DNA of 64,000 nucleotides, taken from NCBI GenBank assembly GCA_965140445.1, contig OZ223236.1, forward strand, positions 4,320,001-4,384,000, in the 5' to 3' direction. Below are positions 19,755 to 29,320 of this stretch, in pieces. The position numbers were made by a program, and so were the translations under genes. Position 1 is the first letter of the stretch; each line of letters begins with the position of its first letter. The notes below the pieces were generated by a model. That model was not told the origin of the DNA. It was given only the letters and a program-made list of their open reading frames with translations, and did no database searches. This DNA is from Candidatus Ozemobacteraceae bacterium. GTDB lineage: Bacteria; Muiribacteriota; Ozemobacteria; Ozemobacterales; Ozemobacteraceae.

Positions 19755-20180
19755 TTATCTCAATCGAGCTACCATTTCTCTAATTTCTTTGGCACGCTGA
19801 ATTGTCTTTTTGGAAGATGCGCTGTATTTCTTTCTAAGTTCTTCAATCGTCAAAGCTTTTACTACAGGCTTTTCAATGGGTTCAACCGCTTTTTCTTCTA
19901 TTGGAGCAGCTTCTGTAAATTCGGGATCGTGAAACAAAACAAGCACTTCCACATCTTTTCGTGATTCAAGGTTTTCGCTTATTTCTTCCAGTTTAAGTTC
20001 AACAGTTTCCTTAACTTCAACCTTTTTATGCTTCTGCTTGCTATATTCTGTCAGCCTTGTTCTTAAAGCTTTAATACGCTGATTCAAATTCTCCTGCTGA
20101 AAACCCTGACCTGCAAAACCAATAGTTGAAATTCCCAGCATAAAACAACATGCCAGTAATTTTCCAAAATTGCGCCGCAT
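19755..20180 (-). CDS. Hypothetical exported protein
   Basis: Signal-peptide-like N-terminus (MRRNFGKLLACCFMLGISTIGFA), charged helical body, GGAGG SD. Confidence 0.7.
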   Translation of the reverse strand: MRRNFGKLLACCFMLGISTIGFAGQGFQQENLNQRIKALRTRLTEYSKQKHKKVEVKETVELKLEEISENLESRKDVEVLVLFHDPEFTEAAPIEEKAVEPIEKPVVKALTIEELRKKYSASSKKTIQRAKEIREMVARLR

Positions 20181-20220
20181 CTGTTTACCTCCGAAATGCC
20201 TTTTCTTTTATCTCTAAAGA

Positions 20221-20247
20221 CAATCGGCAAAAACTTTTAAGAAATTA
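20221..20247 (-). promoter_or_regulatory. sigma28 (FliA/SigD)-like promoter
   Basis: Minus strand TAAT-N15-GCCGATTG, 40 nt upstream of the 20180 start. Confidence 0.5.
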
Positions 20248-20258
20248 AGTTTTTTTTG

Positions 20259-22322
20259 CTAACGCCACAAGCCATAAGCTCCTGGCTGACTTTTAGCATC
20301 GGATGAAGTAAGAATTGGCGAGTCATTTTTAAGATGATAATCAGAAGCTATCCCGGCAATACTGACGAAGTGAGGGTCTGCATTGATAATTGGCCCACCG
20401 TTTTGATCACAGTTAAGCGTTTCAACAGCAAAATTAAAAATATTATTATATGGGTAACTGCGCCCAAGCGTTTTTTCTTCTATTCCATTGCCCGATCCCG
20501 GATTTTGATAGTTCACCAAAATACAGTTTCTAAGGTTTGAAACATCTGCGCCATCCACAACAACCCCATTCTGGGCATCGATGGTCAGGAACTGATAATC
20601 CCCAGTTGCTCCGCGCATTAAAAACCCAACTTTTTCTGACTGAATCACCCCACCCCTGACATACGGACTTAAGCGATCTTCAGCTCTTAGACCATTTTCA
20701 GTAGTTCCTCTCACATCAAAATCCGTAAGCCTGAAATTACTGTTGCCGCGAAGATAAATTCCATCGACCGCCCCATTTACAATTACAGAACTTATTGCAC
20801 AATTCCAGGTGTTTTCCGCCAGAAAGCCGGTTTCGCAATCATAGAACTGTAGCCCAATGCATGTAGTTGCGCTTGCACCATGCATTCCAAGGCCAATTGA
20901 GTTGTATCTTGAAACCAAATTACTTATGGAAACAGGACTTTCATAAACAGCTACCGCTTCTTCTGCTCCAGAAATTTCGACACTATGCAACTCTGTTTGC
21001 TTCTGGTCTGCGCCCGAAACGACTCTAATACCATTCCAATCACTTCTGCTGGGAAGGGCGGAGCCCGATATGAACTTAATCGGAAGATCCTGCGTTCCAG
21101 ATGCTGTCAGCTGTCCCTCAACGATAAATTCACACTTTTCCGGGTTGTATCCCATTCTGGCATTGTCGCTTTCAGAAAATTTTACAATTACTCCCGGTTC
21201 AATGGTGAGAGTTTTTCCCGCTGGCACCCAAATATCTCCGTTTATGGAAATTGGGCTATATGAAGCTTTCCAGACAACATCTTCAGTAAGCTTTCCTGCT
21301 GGAAAAATACTGAGTTTATTTGTTAAGGAAGAAACGTTTCCATCCAGATCAACCGCCTGAATAGCATATTGATAAAGCTGCCCGGGGACTACAAGACTAT
21401 CGGGATAGGAAAACTGTGCCCCAAAGATCTCATCTTCATTGGCAATCAAAGTTACAGAATTTCCTGCAGTTCCTTTGTATAATCGAAAACCTTTTACAGG
21501 GTCGAGTCCCTTATAAGACCAGTTTAACACCGGGCCATTCAAGCCCTGAGAGACTGTAAAGTCTGATGGCATATCTGGTGCCCCCGCAAGGTCTTCCCTC
21601 GGAATAGTATTAAAAGATCCTTCGGAACTTTTGTATCTTCTACCGTCTGCCGTAACCCCTTCAATACTGAAAAGATACTTTGCACTGGTAAATAGATTTG
21701 AAAGTTTTATCTGATGGGAAGTTGCTGAAACTGTAGGTTCAGATTGTGTAACCATGCTGTATTGCTCTCTATAGAGAACCTGAACAGACATTGCTTCCTT
21801 GCAGCTGATATCTATAACAGCGCTATCTCTTGTTCGGCCGGAAATAGACCAGGTAATCATTTCTGGTAAAGGTTCAACTTCCAGATTAATGCCATTTACA
21901 ACCTCGCCGTAGCCAATTTCAATAGTTCTGGAGGCAATGTAAAAACCATTTTGTTCAACTGTAAGCCTATGACTACCTTCATCAAGAGAAGTGAATTCAT
22001 AAAAGCCGTCTTCATTAGTTTCAGCGCCATAAAGAGAACGGTGAGATCTGACTAAAGCTCCCACTACACGATTTCCTGCAGTATCAAGAACAAGTCCGGA
22101 AACCGAACCTCGCTTGGTGGCAACCTGATTTTCACAGCCCAAAAGGCCAGTTATTGCAATAACTACCAGCACAAAAATAAATGGATTAAACCATTTACCC
22201 TGCTTTTCTTCTTTTCTGACAGTTTTCATTTTCTTACCTTTGTGGCGATTTTTAAGCACCTGTACAATTTCTTTTCTTAGAACTTCTTTGGCTAAACCAG
22301 ACTTATCGTCAACGTTATTCAA
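20259..22322 (-). CDS. Lipoprotein: carboxypeptidase-regulatory-like + FN3 x2 + parallel beta-helix (paralogue 3)
   Basis: Lipobox LLGC, GSVSGLVLD, FN3 motifs (Y.YAIQAVD..GN.S), SPISINGDIWV, DWNGI, beta-helix repeats. Start may be ATG 22229. Confidence 0.75.
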   Translation of the reverse strand: MNNVDDKSGLAKEVLRKEIVQVLKNRHKGKKMKTVRKEEKQGKWFNPFIFVLVVIAITGLLGCENQVATKRGSVSGLVLDTAGNRVVGALVRSHRSLYGAETNEDGFYEFTSLDEGSHRLTVEQNGFYIASRTIEIGYGEVVNGINLEVEPLPEMITWSISGRTRDSAVIDISCKEAMSVQVLYREQYSMVTQSEPTVSATSHQIKLSNLFTSAKYLFSIEGVTADGRRYKSSEGSFNTIPREDLAGAPDMPSDFTVSQGLNGPVLNWSYKGLDPVKGFRLYKGTAGNSVTLIANEDEIFGAQFSYPDSLVVPGQLYQYAIQAVDLDGNVSSLTNKLSIFPAGKLTEDVVWKASYSPISINGDIWVPAGKTLTIEPGVIVKFSESDNARMGYNPEKCEFIVEGQLTASGTQDLPIKFISGSALPSRSDWNGIRVVSGADQKQTELHSVEISGAEEAVAVYESPVSISNLVSRYNSIGLGMHGASATTCIGLQFYDCETGFLAENTWNCAISSVIVNGAVDGIYLRGNSNFRLTDFDVRGTTENGLRAEDRLSPYVRGGVIQSEKVGFLMRGATGDYQFLTIDAQNGVVVDGADVSNLRNCILVNYQNPGSGNGIEEKTLGRSYPYNNIFNFAVETLNCDQNGGPIINADPHFVSIAGIASDYHLKNDSPILTSSDAKSQPGAYGLWR

Positions 22323-22339
22323 TATTTATCTTTCTCCGC

Positions 22340-24313
22340 TTACAATCGAGACGGGCCATATCTGCCCATTTCATTTCCATATCTATCTTCCAGTTTCAAA
22401 GTTGAATCTGTGAGAAGGTTATAATCGTATGGAATTCCTCCAACAAATTTTGGAGTAATTTGAAGACTGTTGTCTCCTAAGCCACAGCCACTATAAGGCG
22501 TAGCAAATCCATAGACATTATTGAAATCATAGGTGGGAGTGATAACTGAAAGGTTGTTTATTCCAGTCTCTCCACTCAAGCTGGTAGCTGTAACAATGTT
22601 ATTTTCCATCACAACTGTTCCCAGTTTTACAATTATTCCATTCAAAGCGTCTATTGTGCAGTGATCGACATAATTATCTCTGGTATTCAGAAAATTAGTG
22701 AATTCCATACCCACACCTGATGGTGAAACGATGAGCACATTTTTGATTTTGGACTTTCCAATTATTCCGCGGATGCCATACTTTGAGGCTTCAATGTCTG
22801 TATCCTGAACATCCAGTTGATCTTCTGAATCCGTTGTCTGATTGTAGATACCAGTATTTACTCCGTCGAACTGGCAGGAATGAACGTTGATTCTGCGGCA
22901 TTCTTCAATATAGAGAGCAGCAGACGCAATTTCCTCAAACTTGCAGGCATCAAGATAAACAAAGTTGTCTATTCCTTTTAATCTAAGGCCATTTTCACAG
23001 TATTTAACCTTGATGTTATTCACTTTAAAATCTTTAGCTTCTACGTTTAGAGCGTAGTCAGTGCATCCAAAAATATTCACGTGATGAAACTCTGAAATAC
23101 CAGTTTTGGAACTTAAAATCTTGATTCCAGCCCAATGATCCCGTCGTCCGGAACCGTCTAATGGCCTGAAAGCGACCGGGTTATCTTCCGTTCCATTCAA
23201 AGCGATACGGCCATGAACAAGGATTTCGACTCTGTCTTCGTCCAATCCAAGGCCCATAGAATCTTTTTCCGCAATCTGAAACTGAACTCCGGAAGCTACT
23301 TGTAAATTTGCCCCAGCAGCAATTATCAGATCTGTTGTTAAGATTATTGGCGAATCAGATGACTCAAGAACCAGATCTCGCCCAACAACCCCCGGAACAA
23401 AAATTGTATTAGAAGATTTCAGCGCTGAAGTTGCGCCAACACTGTTAACTGAAACAACCGAATATTGGTAGAGTCTTCCAGTTTCCAGGTTCTGATCGGT
23501 GTAAGTCTTGATATTGGCCGGAATGGTGTTATCGTTAATTTGCTGCCATTCGCCGCCCTTTTCTCTTCGCAGGATGCTATAACCGACTACGGATGAACCG
23601 GTTGCAGCTTCCCAGTTGAGCGTAACTTTTCCCAATTCAGTAAAACCAGCTACACTTATAGACTGCGGCATTGAAGGCCTGTCGCCCATATCGGTTTTGA
23701 ATGGAAAATCATACGAATAATGGCTGACCGCAGATTCATCAATATACTGAACTCTGAAATGATACAGGGTTTCCGGGCTTAGCGATTTTAAAACAGCCAC
23801 ATGCTCAACTGCAGCTCGTTCTTCACGATAAATCTGCCCATATCCCTGAGTAACCCCATAATCTATGTTACAAGCAACACTTCTATAGGTTTTCCAGGTT
23901 ATTCTTGCTGTTGAAGAGGAAACCTCCGCAACCGTAACATTGCTGATCTTATGAGGGGCGTTAGCCTGATCCAGCTTAATAGCCTCTACCACAGTAGTTT
24001 CATTGGATCTAACTTCGATTGAACGCTCTTCAACCGCATAGTCGTCATGGAGAATTACAATGTTGTTCAATCCTGCTGGCAATTCAGCAAGATAAAAGCC
24101 ACCATCTCCTCCAGTGTATACCTGATCCTCTTCCGCAAAAATTGAGTAGACCTTTGCATTTGGAACTGCATCACCACTGGAATTAACGATTCTTCCACTC
24201 AGGCTACCAGTCTGCGACTGCCTCATTCCACAACCCAAAATGCCCATGACAGCAAATATAGTCATGAGCGTGAGGATAGTAGCCTTATTTTTTCTAATAC
24301 TAGTCAGGAACAT
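22340..24313 (-). CDS. Lipoprotein: carboxypeptidase-regulatory-like + FN3 x2 + parallel beta-helix (paralogue 2)
   Basis: Lipobox ILGC, GSLSGRIVN, LSPETLYHFRV, YQYSVVSVN, HWAGI. Confidence 0.78.
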   Translation of the reverse strand: MFLTSIRKNKATILTLMTIFAVMGILGCGMRQSQTGSLSGRIVNSSGDAVPNAKVYSIFAEEDQVYTGGDGGFYLAELPAGLNNIVILHDDYAVEERSIEVRSNETTVVEAIKLDQANAPHKISNVTVAEVSSSTARITWKTYRSVACNIDYGVTQGYGQIYREERAAVEHVAVLKSLSPETLYHFRVQYIDESAVSHYSYDFPFKTDMGDRPSMPQSISVAGFTELGKVTLNWEAATGSSVVGYSILRREKGGEWQQINDNTIPANIKTYTDQNLETGRLYQYSVVSVNSVGATSALKSSNTIFVPGVVGRDLVLESSDSPIILTTDLIIAAGANLQVASGVQFQIAEKDSMGLGLDEDRVEILVHGRIALNGTEDNPVAFRPLDGSGRRDHWAGIKILSSKTGISEFHHVNIFGCTDYALNVEAKDFKVNNIKVKYCENGLRLKGIDNFVYLDACKFEEIASAALYIEECRRINVHSCQFDGVNTGIYNQTTDSEDQLDVQDTDIEASKYGIRGIIGKSKIKNVLIVSPSGVGMEFTNFLNTRDNYVDHCTIDALNGIIVKLGTVVMENNIVTATSLSGETGINNLSVITPTYDFNNVYGFATPYSGCGLGDNSLQITPKFVGGIPYDYNLLTDSTLKLEDRYGNEMGRYGPSRL

Positions 24314-26321
24314 TTATAGCTCCAACGTCTTCGAAGTCGTATCCAGCACCCTTTAGAGAACTTCCGGGCGATGGGGTATAATTAAATGTGCTGGTTGGAA
24401 ACTCCACAAAAGGAGTTCCGCCCTGCAAAGATGGATCAAGAGTTAAATCAGAAGAAATTCCGGTTAGCGCTGTTCCATCATAATTTGAATATCTGCGGGC
24501 ATTTCCGGTTGGAATATCCCAGATATCATTGTTTTGAATGGTGTGTGAAGCAACAGAATAATTGTATTGGGTTACTTTTCCACTTGAATCGGTCACAGTG
24601 CCGCTATAAAGCACTCCAATTGCACTGCGGGAGTTATCAGATAAAATAAGGTTGCTGCGAATAATGCTATTTGCATCTCCTTTTAACTCAATACCAACGC
24701 CAGCCTGGAGAGTATTTCTACGCAACTCATCTTTTCCTCTGAGAATAACTGCCGATCCATTTGAGCCGTAACCCACAATATTGTTCATTGCTTTTGAAGT
24801 TGTGCTGTTATTACCAAGATCCAGCCCGGCAACTCCTGCGAATTGAACTATGTTTCCAGTAACCTGGGCGTTAGTATTGTTTCGGCAGACAATTCCGTAA
24901 ATACATCTAATAGCCTTGCTATTAGTAATTTTTACATCAACTGAGCTGTCTTTAACCATGATTCCGGAGCCACATGTGTCAGCGACAACATTCAGAATGT
25001 CAACGGCACGTCTTGATTTTAAGCACTGCAAACCAGATTGCCTGCAGTTGAAAAACCTTGAATCCGAAACAGATGGGAGCCCCTCAATTCCATAAAGACC
25101 ATCAACAGCGCAAGCTAGATTCAAGCCTTTAATTAGTGAAGTTGTTAGATCAGAGTTCGTATCAAAAATGATTCCAACCCAATCTCCAGCCTGTGGAGAA
25201 CCGCTGGTTGAATTGAAGCTGACTGGTTCACTGGCTGTTCCCTGAACCATTAATGTCCCTTGAACTGTGATTTCAATCCTGTCATCAGCTGTTTCTTTAT
25301 CCCACTCATCTGCTGCTGAAACCCCAACTGATACGCCTTTGTCTATTACAAGGCTAAAACCAGGAGCAATTTTCAGGTCACCAGTGAGAAGATAAGGTGA
25401 ATTCTGCGAAGTCCATACTGCATTTCTGTTCATAACGCCTGGCATCAAGAAGGAAATGGTATCGGATGGTGGCGATTCTTCGCCTGTTCCAGCGAGTCTG
25501 GTAATTCTGTAAAAATACTTAACCCCTGGAGAAACATCCATATCTGAATGTGTGTTTTGTGTCATTTTGGCCAATTCAACAAATGGACCTGCAGCTGATT
25601 CAGCCCGATAAATTTTGTAACCGGAAAAATCCGTTCCGGTATCAGCATTCCAATCAATTTTTATTACGTTCGAGCTGGTAAGTTTGCTGATTTTTAGTCC
25701 GGTAGGAGGATTTCCTCGAATGGTATATGCGGTAGTAAATTTTCCCAACTCAGATTCAATAGTTCGATTCAAAGTGTCATTTGCCACACAAACAAAATTG
25801 TATGTCGTGGCTGGAATCAGATTCTGAATTGTAAAGGTATGCATGAAAGTTGATTCGGTATTTTTTGGCGTAGTTGCCTGAAGAAGATTGTTAGGACCAT
25901 ATTTTATATAGGCCGTAGCCTGCTTTTTCGTATAAAAAGTAATGGTTACATTTGAAGAAGTAAGCCCCGAAACAGAAACATCGTAGATTTCGCTGTTCGC
26001 TGCAAGAGTAAAATTTACCCCTTCTTTTGTTTCACCACTCAGAACCTCTACGGTTTTATTCTGGCTCTGAAAGTTTTCTCTGGCTGCAGTAACCTGGGTC
26101 ATTTGTGCTGACAAAGCACTTAAAGTCCACTTCCCGTTTACATCGGAAAGGGCGGAACCTTCTGGAGCAGTAATTTTCACCCCGCTCAATGGATTTCCAG
26201 AGGTATCAGTAACAATACCGCTAAGCCCGCCTTTTCCAGGGGATTGTGAACTCATACAGCCCAGGTGAGCCATAAGTATTCCTAAAAATATAAAAATGGT
26301 TATCAATCTTATTTTTTTCAT
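24300..26321 (-). CDS. Lipoprotein: carboxypeptidase-regulatory-like + FN3 x2 + parallel beta-helix (paralogue 1)
   Basis: Lipobox-like HLGC, GGLSGIVTD, LIPATTYNF, SPYLLTGDL, GDWVGI. Confidence 0.78.
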   Translation of the reverse strand: MKKIRLITIFIFLGILMAHLGCMSSQSPGKGGLSGIVTDTSGNPLSGVKITAPEGSALSDVNGKWTLSALSAQMTQVTAARENFQSQNKTVEVLSGETKEGVNFTLAANSEIYDVSVSGLTSSNVTITFYTKKQATAYIKYGPNNLLQATTPKNTESTFMHTFTIQNLIPATTYNFVCVANDTLNRTIESELGKFTTAYTIRGNPPTGLKISKLTSSNVIKIDWNADTGTDFSGYKIYRAESAAGPFVELAKMTQNTHSDMDVSPGVKYFYRITRLAGTGEESPPSDTISFLMPGVMNRNAVWTSQNSPYLLTGDLKIAPGFSLVIDKGVSVGVSAADEWDKETADDRIEITVQGTLMVQGTASEPVSFNSTSGSPQAGDWVGIIFDTNSDLTTSLIKGLNLACAVDGLYGIEGLPSVSDSRFFNCRQSGLQCLKSRRAVDILNVVADTCGSGIMVKDSSVDVKITNSKAIRCIYGIVCRNNTNAQVTGNIVQFAGVAGLDLGNNSTTSKAMNNIVGYGSNGSAVILRGKDELRRNTLQAGVGIELKGDANSIIRSNLILSDNSRSAIGVLYSGTVTDSSGKVTQYNYSVASHTIQNNDIWDIPTGNARRYSNYDGTALTGISSDLTLDPSLQGGTPFVEFPTSTFNYTPSPGSSLKGAGYDFEDVGAINVPD

Positions 26322-26471
26322 TCACTTATGGTTGTCGGAAAAAAAAGCTGTTTTCCTTAGAATCAAAAAGGTTGAAAGTTAAAGAAAAATGGAGTTACAT
26401 TCTTATATCAAAATATTTGTCTGTTATAAGGCATAAAAAAAGGGTTCACCGTTAAGGAAAGGAAATTTGTT

Positions 26472-27704
26472 ATGATGAAGATTTCTGCCAGAGCAAATGA
26501 AATGCAAGCCTCCCCTATTCGCAAATTGATTCCATTCGCAAATGCTGCGAAAAAAAAGGGAATTAATGTTTTTCCACTGAATATTGGGCAACCCGATATC
26601 CATACCCCTAAGCCAATCCGCGACGCTATACGGGATTTTGATCAAGAAGTGCTAGCATATAGTCCTTCGCAGGGAGAAGATTTCCTTGTTGAAGCATTTT
26701 CTGGTTATTACAGAAAAAATAATATTGCTCTGGAACCAGAAGACATAATCGTAACAACTGGCGGAAGTGAAGCAATTTATTTTGCCTTCCTGTCAATTTG
26801 TGATCTTGGTGATGAAGTAATTGTCTTTGAACCATTTTATACAAATTACAATGGAATGGCCCACCAGACTGGAATTACCCTTAAAGCGTTAACCACTTAC
26901 GCTGAAGATGGATTCCAACTGCCTCCGGTAGAAACCATTGAAAAAGCAATTGGCCCAAAAACCAGAGCTATTTTAATTTGTAATCCTAACAATCCAACCG
27001 GAACTGTTTATTCAAAAGAAGCTCTCGAGGGTTTGGCATATATTGCTAAGAAACACAACATCTATATTATAGCTGATGAAGTTTATCGCGAATTCACCTA
27101 CGACGGATTGAATCACACCTCAATCCTTCAAATCGAAGGAATGGATCAAAATGCAATCTTGATCGACAGTATTTCCAAACGATACGCTGCTTGTGGAGCT
27201 CGTATTGGCGTGATTGCCAGCAAAAACAAAACAGTAATGGATGCCTGCATGAAACTTGCTCAAGCAAGACTTAGCTCTCCAACAGTAGAACAATGGGGTG
27301 CAAGAGCGGGAATTCTTATGGATACATCCTACTTCACACCAATTCTTGAAGAATACCAAAAACGTAGAGATACAGTTATGGAAGGTCTTGCTAAGGCACC
27401 TGGAGTTATCTGCAAAGTTCCAACCGGCGCTTTTTATGTAATAGCAAAGCTTCCAATTCAGGATGCAGAGCATTTTGCTCAATGGATTTTGACTGACTTT
27501 GAATACGAAGGAAGCACAGTATTGGTTGCCCCGGCAGCTGGCTTTTACGTAACAAAGGGACTTGGCAAAGACGAAATTCGAATCAGTTATGTTCTGGAAA
27601 CAGCAAAACTGGCTAAAGCAATGGAAGTTCTTGCCAAAGCAATTATTGCATTCCAGAAAGTGGAAAATGCAACACCAGAATTGGCGGCTCAAGCCGGTGC
27701 TTAA
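26472..27704 (+). CDS. PLP-dependent aminotransferase class I/II (aspartate aminotransferase-like)
   Basis: LNIGQPD, NPNNPTG, ADEVY, SISKRYAACGARIG. Confidence 0.93.
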   Translation: MMKISARANEMQASPIRKLIPFANAAKKKGINVFPLNIGQPDIHTPKPIRDAIRDFDQEVLAYSPSQGEDFLVEAFSGYYRKNNIALEPEDIIVTTGGSEAIYFAFLSICDLGDEVIVFEPFYTNYNGMAHQTGITLKALTTYAEDGFQLPPVETIEKAIGPKTRAILICNPNNPTGTVYSKEALEGLAYIAKKHNIYIIADEVYREFTYDGLNHTSILQIEGMDQNAILIDSISKRYAACGARIGVIASKNKTVMDACMKLAQARLSSPTVEQWGARAGILMDTSYFTPILEEYQKRRDTVMEGLAKAPGVICKVPTGAFYVIAKLPIQDAEHFAQWILTDFEYEGSTVLVAPAAGFYVTKGLGKDEIRISYVLETAKLAKAMEVLAKAIIAFQKVENATPELAAQAGA

Positions 27705-28149
27705 TTCAGTTAAACCAGTAATTGATATTCAATTAGATGCCATTGAGGGAGTAAAACTCCCTTCTATGGCGACTGAAGGCTCTGCTGGTTATGATCTTTG
27801 TTCGGCCATAGAAATTGAAATTCCAGCTGGAGAATATGTTAAGGTCCCAACTGGTTTGCGAATTGCGATGCCCCAAGGACTTGAGGCACAGGTTAGACCA
27901 AGATCAGGTCTGGCCGCCAAGCACGGTGTTACAGTATTAAACAGTCCCGGCACCATAGACAGCGACTATCGTGGCGAAATTTGCATTCTTCTGATCAATC
28001 ACGGGAAAAAATCGTTCATGATCGAACCAGGAATGCGAGTTGCACAGTTGATCTTTTCAAAGGTTATCCAGGTAGAATTTCATGAAAAGAACTCGCTTGA
28101 AGACTCAGATAGAGGAACAGGCGGATTTGGCTCAACCGGTACAAAGTAA
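27697..28149 (+). CDS. dut: dUTPase
   Basis: AGYDL, RPRSGLA, GTIDSDYRGE, RVAQL, RGTGGFGSTG. Likely start GTG 27697 overlapping the upstream stop. Confidence 0.95.
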   Translation: MLNSVKPVIDIQLDAIEGVKLPSMATEGSAGYDLCSAIEIEIPAGEYVKVPTGLRIAMPQGLEAQVRPRSGLAAKHGVTVLNSPGTIDSDYRGEICILLINHGKKSFMIEPGMRVAQLIFSKVIQVEFHEKNSLEDSDRGTGGFGSTGTK

Positions 28150-28161
28150 AGGAAGCTTCGA

Positions 28162-28905
28162 ATGACCAAAAAAAGAATAGTTGTTTCAGGGTGCTGCGGC
28201 AAAATGGGGCAGTTTGTATGTCGTTACATTCAAAACCATGAGAACTTTTCATTGGTGGGCGGCGTTGATCCGCACAAAGCAGGGAAAGACCTGGGAATTG
28301 AAACTGCACAAGAAAGTTTAAACATCCCAATATTAGAAAGCCTCGCTGAAGCGGTAGACAAAAACACCGTAGATGCCGTAATAGACTTCACTATCCCGGC
28401 TGTAGTTGTAGAAAACGCTAAAACTGTTCTTAAAGCTGGTGTTTCAATATTAATCGGCACTACCGGAATCGGAGAAGCAGATAGAAAAATGCTTGAAGAG
28501 CTGTCATTGGCAAATGATTGCTCCGTTTTTATTGTGCCAAACTTTGCTATTGGAGCAATTTTAATGATGGAATTTGCTCAGAAAGCTGCTAAATATATGC
28601 CAGACGCTGAGATTATTGAGCTTCACCACCCGCAAAAGCTTGATAAGCCATCAGGAACAGCCCTTCTTACTCGTCGCGTAATGCTTGAAACAATTGGTAA
28701 ATCAGAAGATTCTGACGCCATCCCCACACATTCAGTGAGACTTCCGGGAATGGTCGCCCACCAGCAGGTTATTTTCGGTGGCATCGGGCAAACACTGACC
28801 ATCCGTCACGATTCTTTAAGCCGCGAATCATTTATGCCTGGAGTTGGACTTGCTCTTGAGCAATTGTTCACCTTTAAAGGCTTGAGAGTTGGACTAAAAC
28901 TTTAA
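28162..28905 (+). CDS. dapB: 4-hydroxy-tetrahydrodipicolinate reductase
   Basis: GCCGKMG, IDFT, GTTG, PNFAIG, ELHHPQKLDKPSGTA. Confidence 0.96.
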   Translation: MTKKRIVVSGCCGKMGQFVCRYIQNHENFSLVGGVDPHKAGKDLGIETAQESLNIPILESLAEAVDKNTVDAVIDFTIPAVVVENAKTVLKAGVSILIGTTGIGEADRKMLEELSLANDCSVFIVPNFAIGAILMMEFAQKAAKYMPDAEIIELHHPQKLDKPSGTALLTRRVMLETIGKSEDSDAIPTHSVRLPGMVAHQQVIFGGIGQTLTIRHDSLSRESFMPGVGLALEQLFTFKGLRVGLKL

Positions 28906-28919
28906 TCTTTAAAAATCGC

Positions 28920-28966
28920 AAAGCCATTACAAGCTAATTAAATTTTCGTTTGTAATGGCTTTTTTT
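28920..28966 (+). terminator. Intrinsic terminator after dapB
   Basis: AAAGCCATTACAAGC / GTTTGTAATGGCTTT stem plus T run. Confidence 0.75.
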
Positions 28967-29204
28967 ATCTTCCAGTAAGTACATTAATAATCATGTACAA
29001 AATAAAACCATTCATTCCAATTCCTGCAAAAATCAGAGCAATAAATGTTGACCAATATCCAAACGGCTCCTGATCTCTTCTATAATGATGTCTTTGAGTT
29101 GAAATTTCGCCCTCTGTGTAAGCTCTTCTAATTTGCATAAAAAAGAACACACTTAACAAAATAAAAATAATTCCAAACAATATTGCCTGCATCATATTTT
29201 CCAA
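28965..29204 (-). CDS. Small two-TM membrane protein
   Basis: Two hydrophobic segments flanking YRRDQEPFGYW; GGGAG SD. Confidence 0.6.
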   Translation of the reverse strand: MENMMQAILFGIIFILLSVFFFMQIRRAYTEGEISTQRHHYRRDQEPFGYWSTFIALIFAGIGMNGFILYMIINVLTGR

Positions 29205-29252
29205 ACTTTTACTCCCGTAACAGAAAAACTCAAAAAAAGAGTCAGACCAAAT

Positions 29253-29288
29253 AAAAGAAGGTCTCCCAATTCATATGCAGAGACCTTC
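29253..29288 (-). terminator. Putative terminator
   Basis: GAAGGTCTC/GAGACCTTC stem with T run on the minus strand. Confidence 0.5.
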
Positions 29289-29320
29289 GTCTAATTCACT
29301 TACCTACAAATTCCTGCCAT

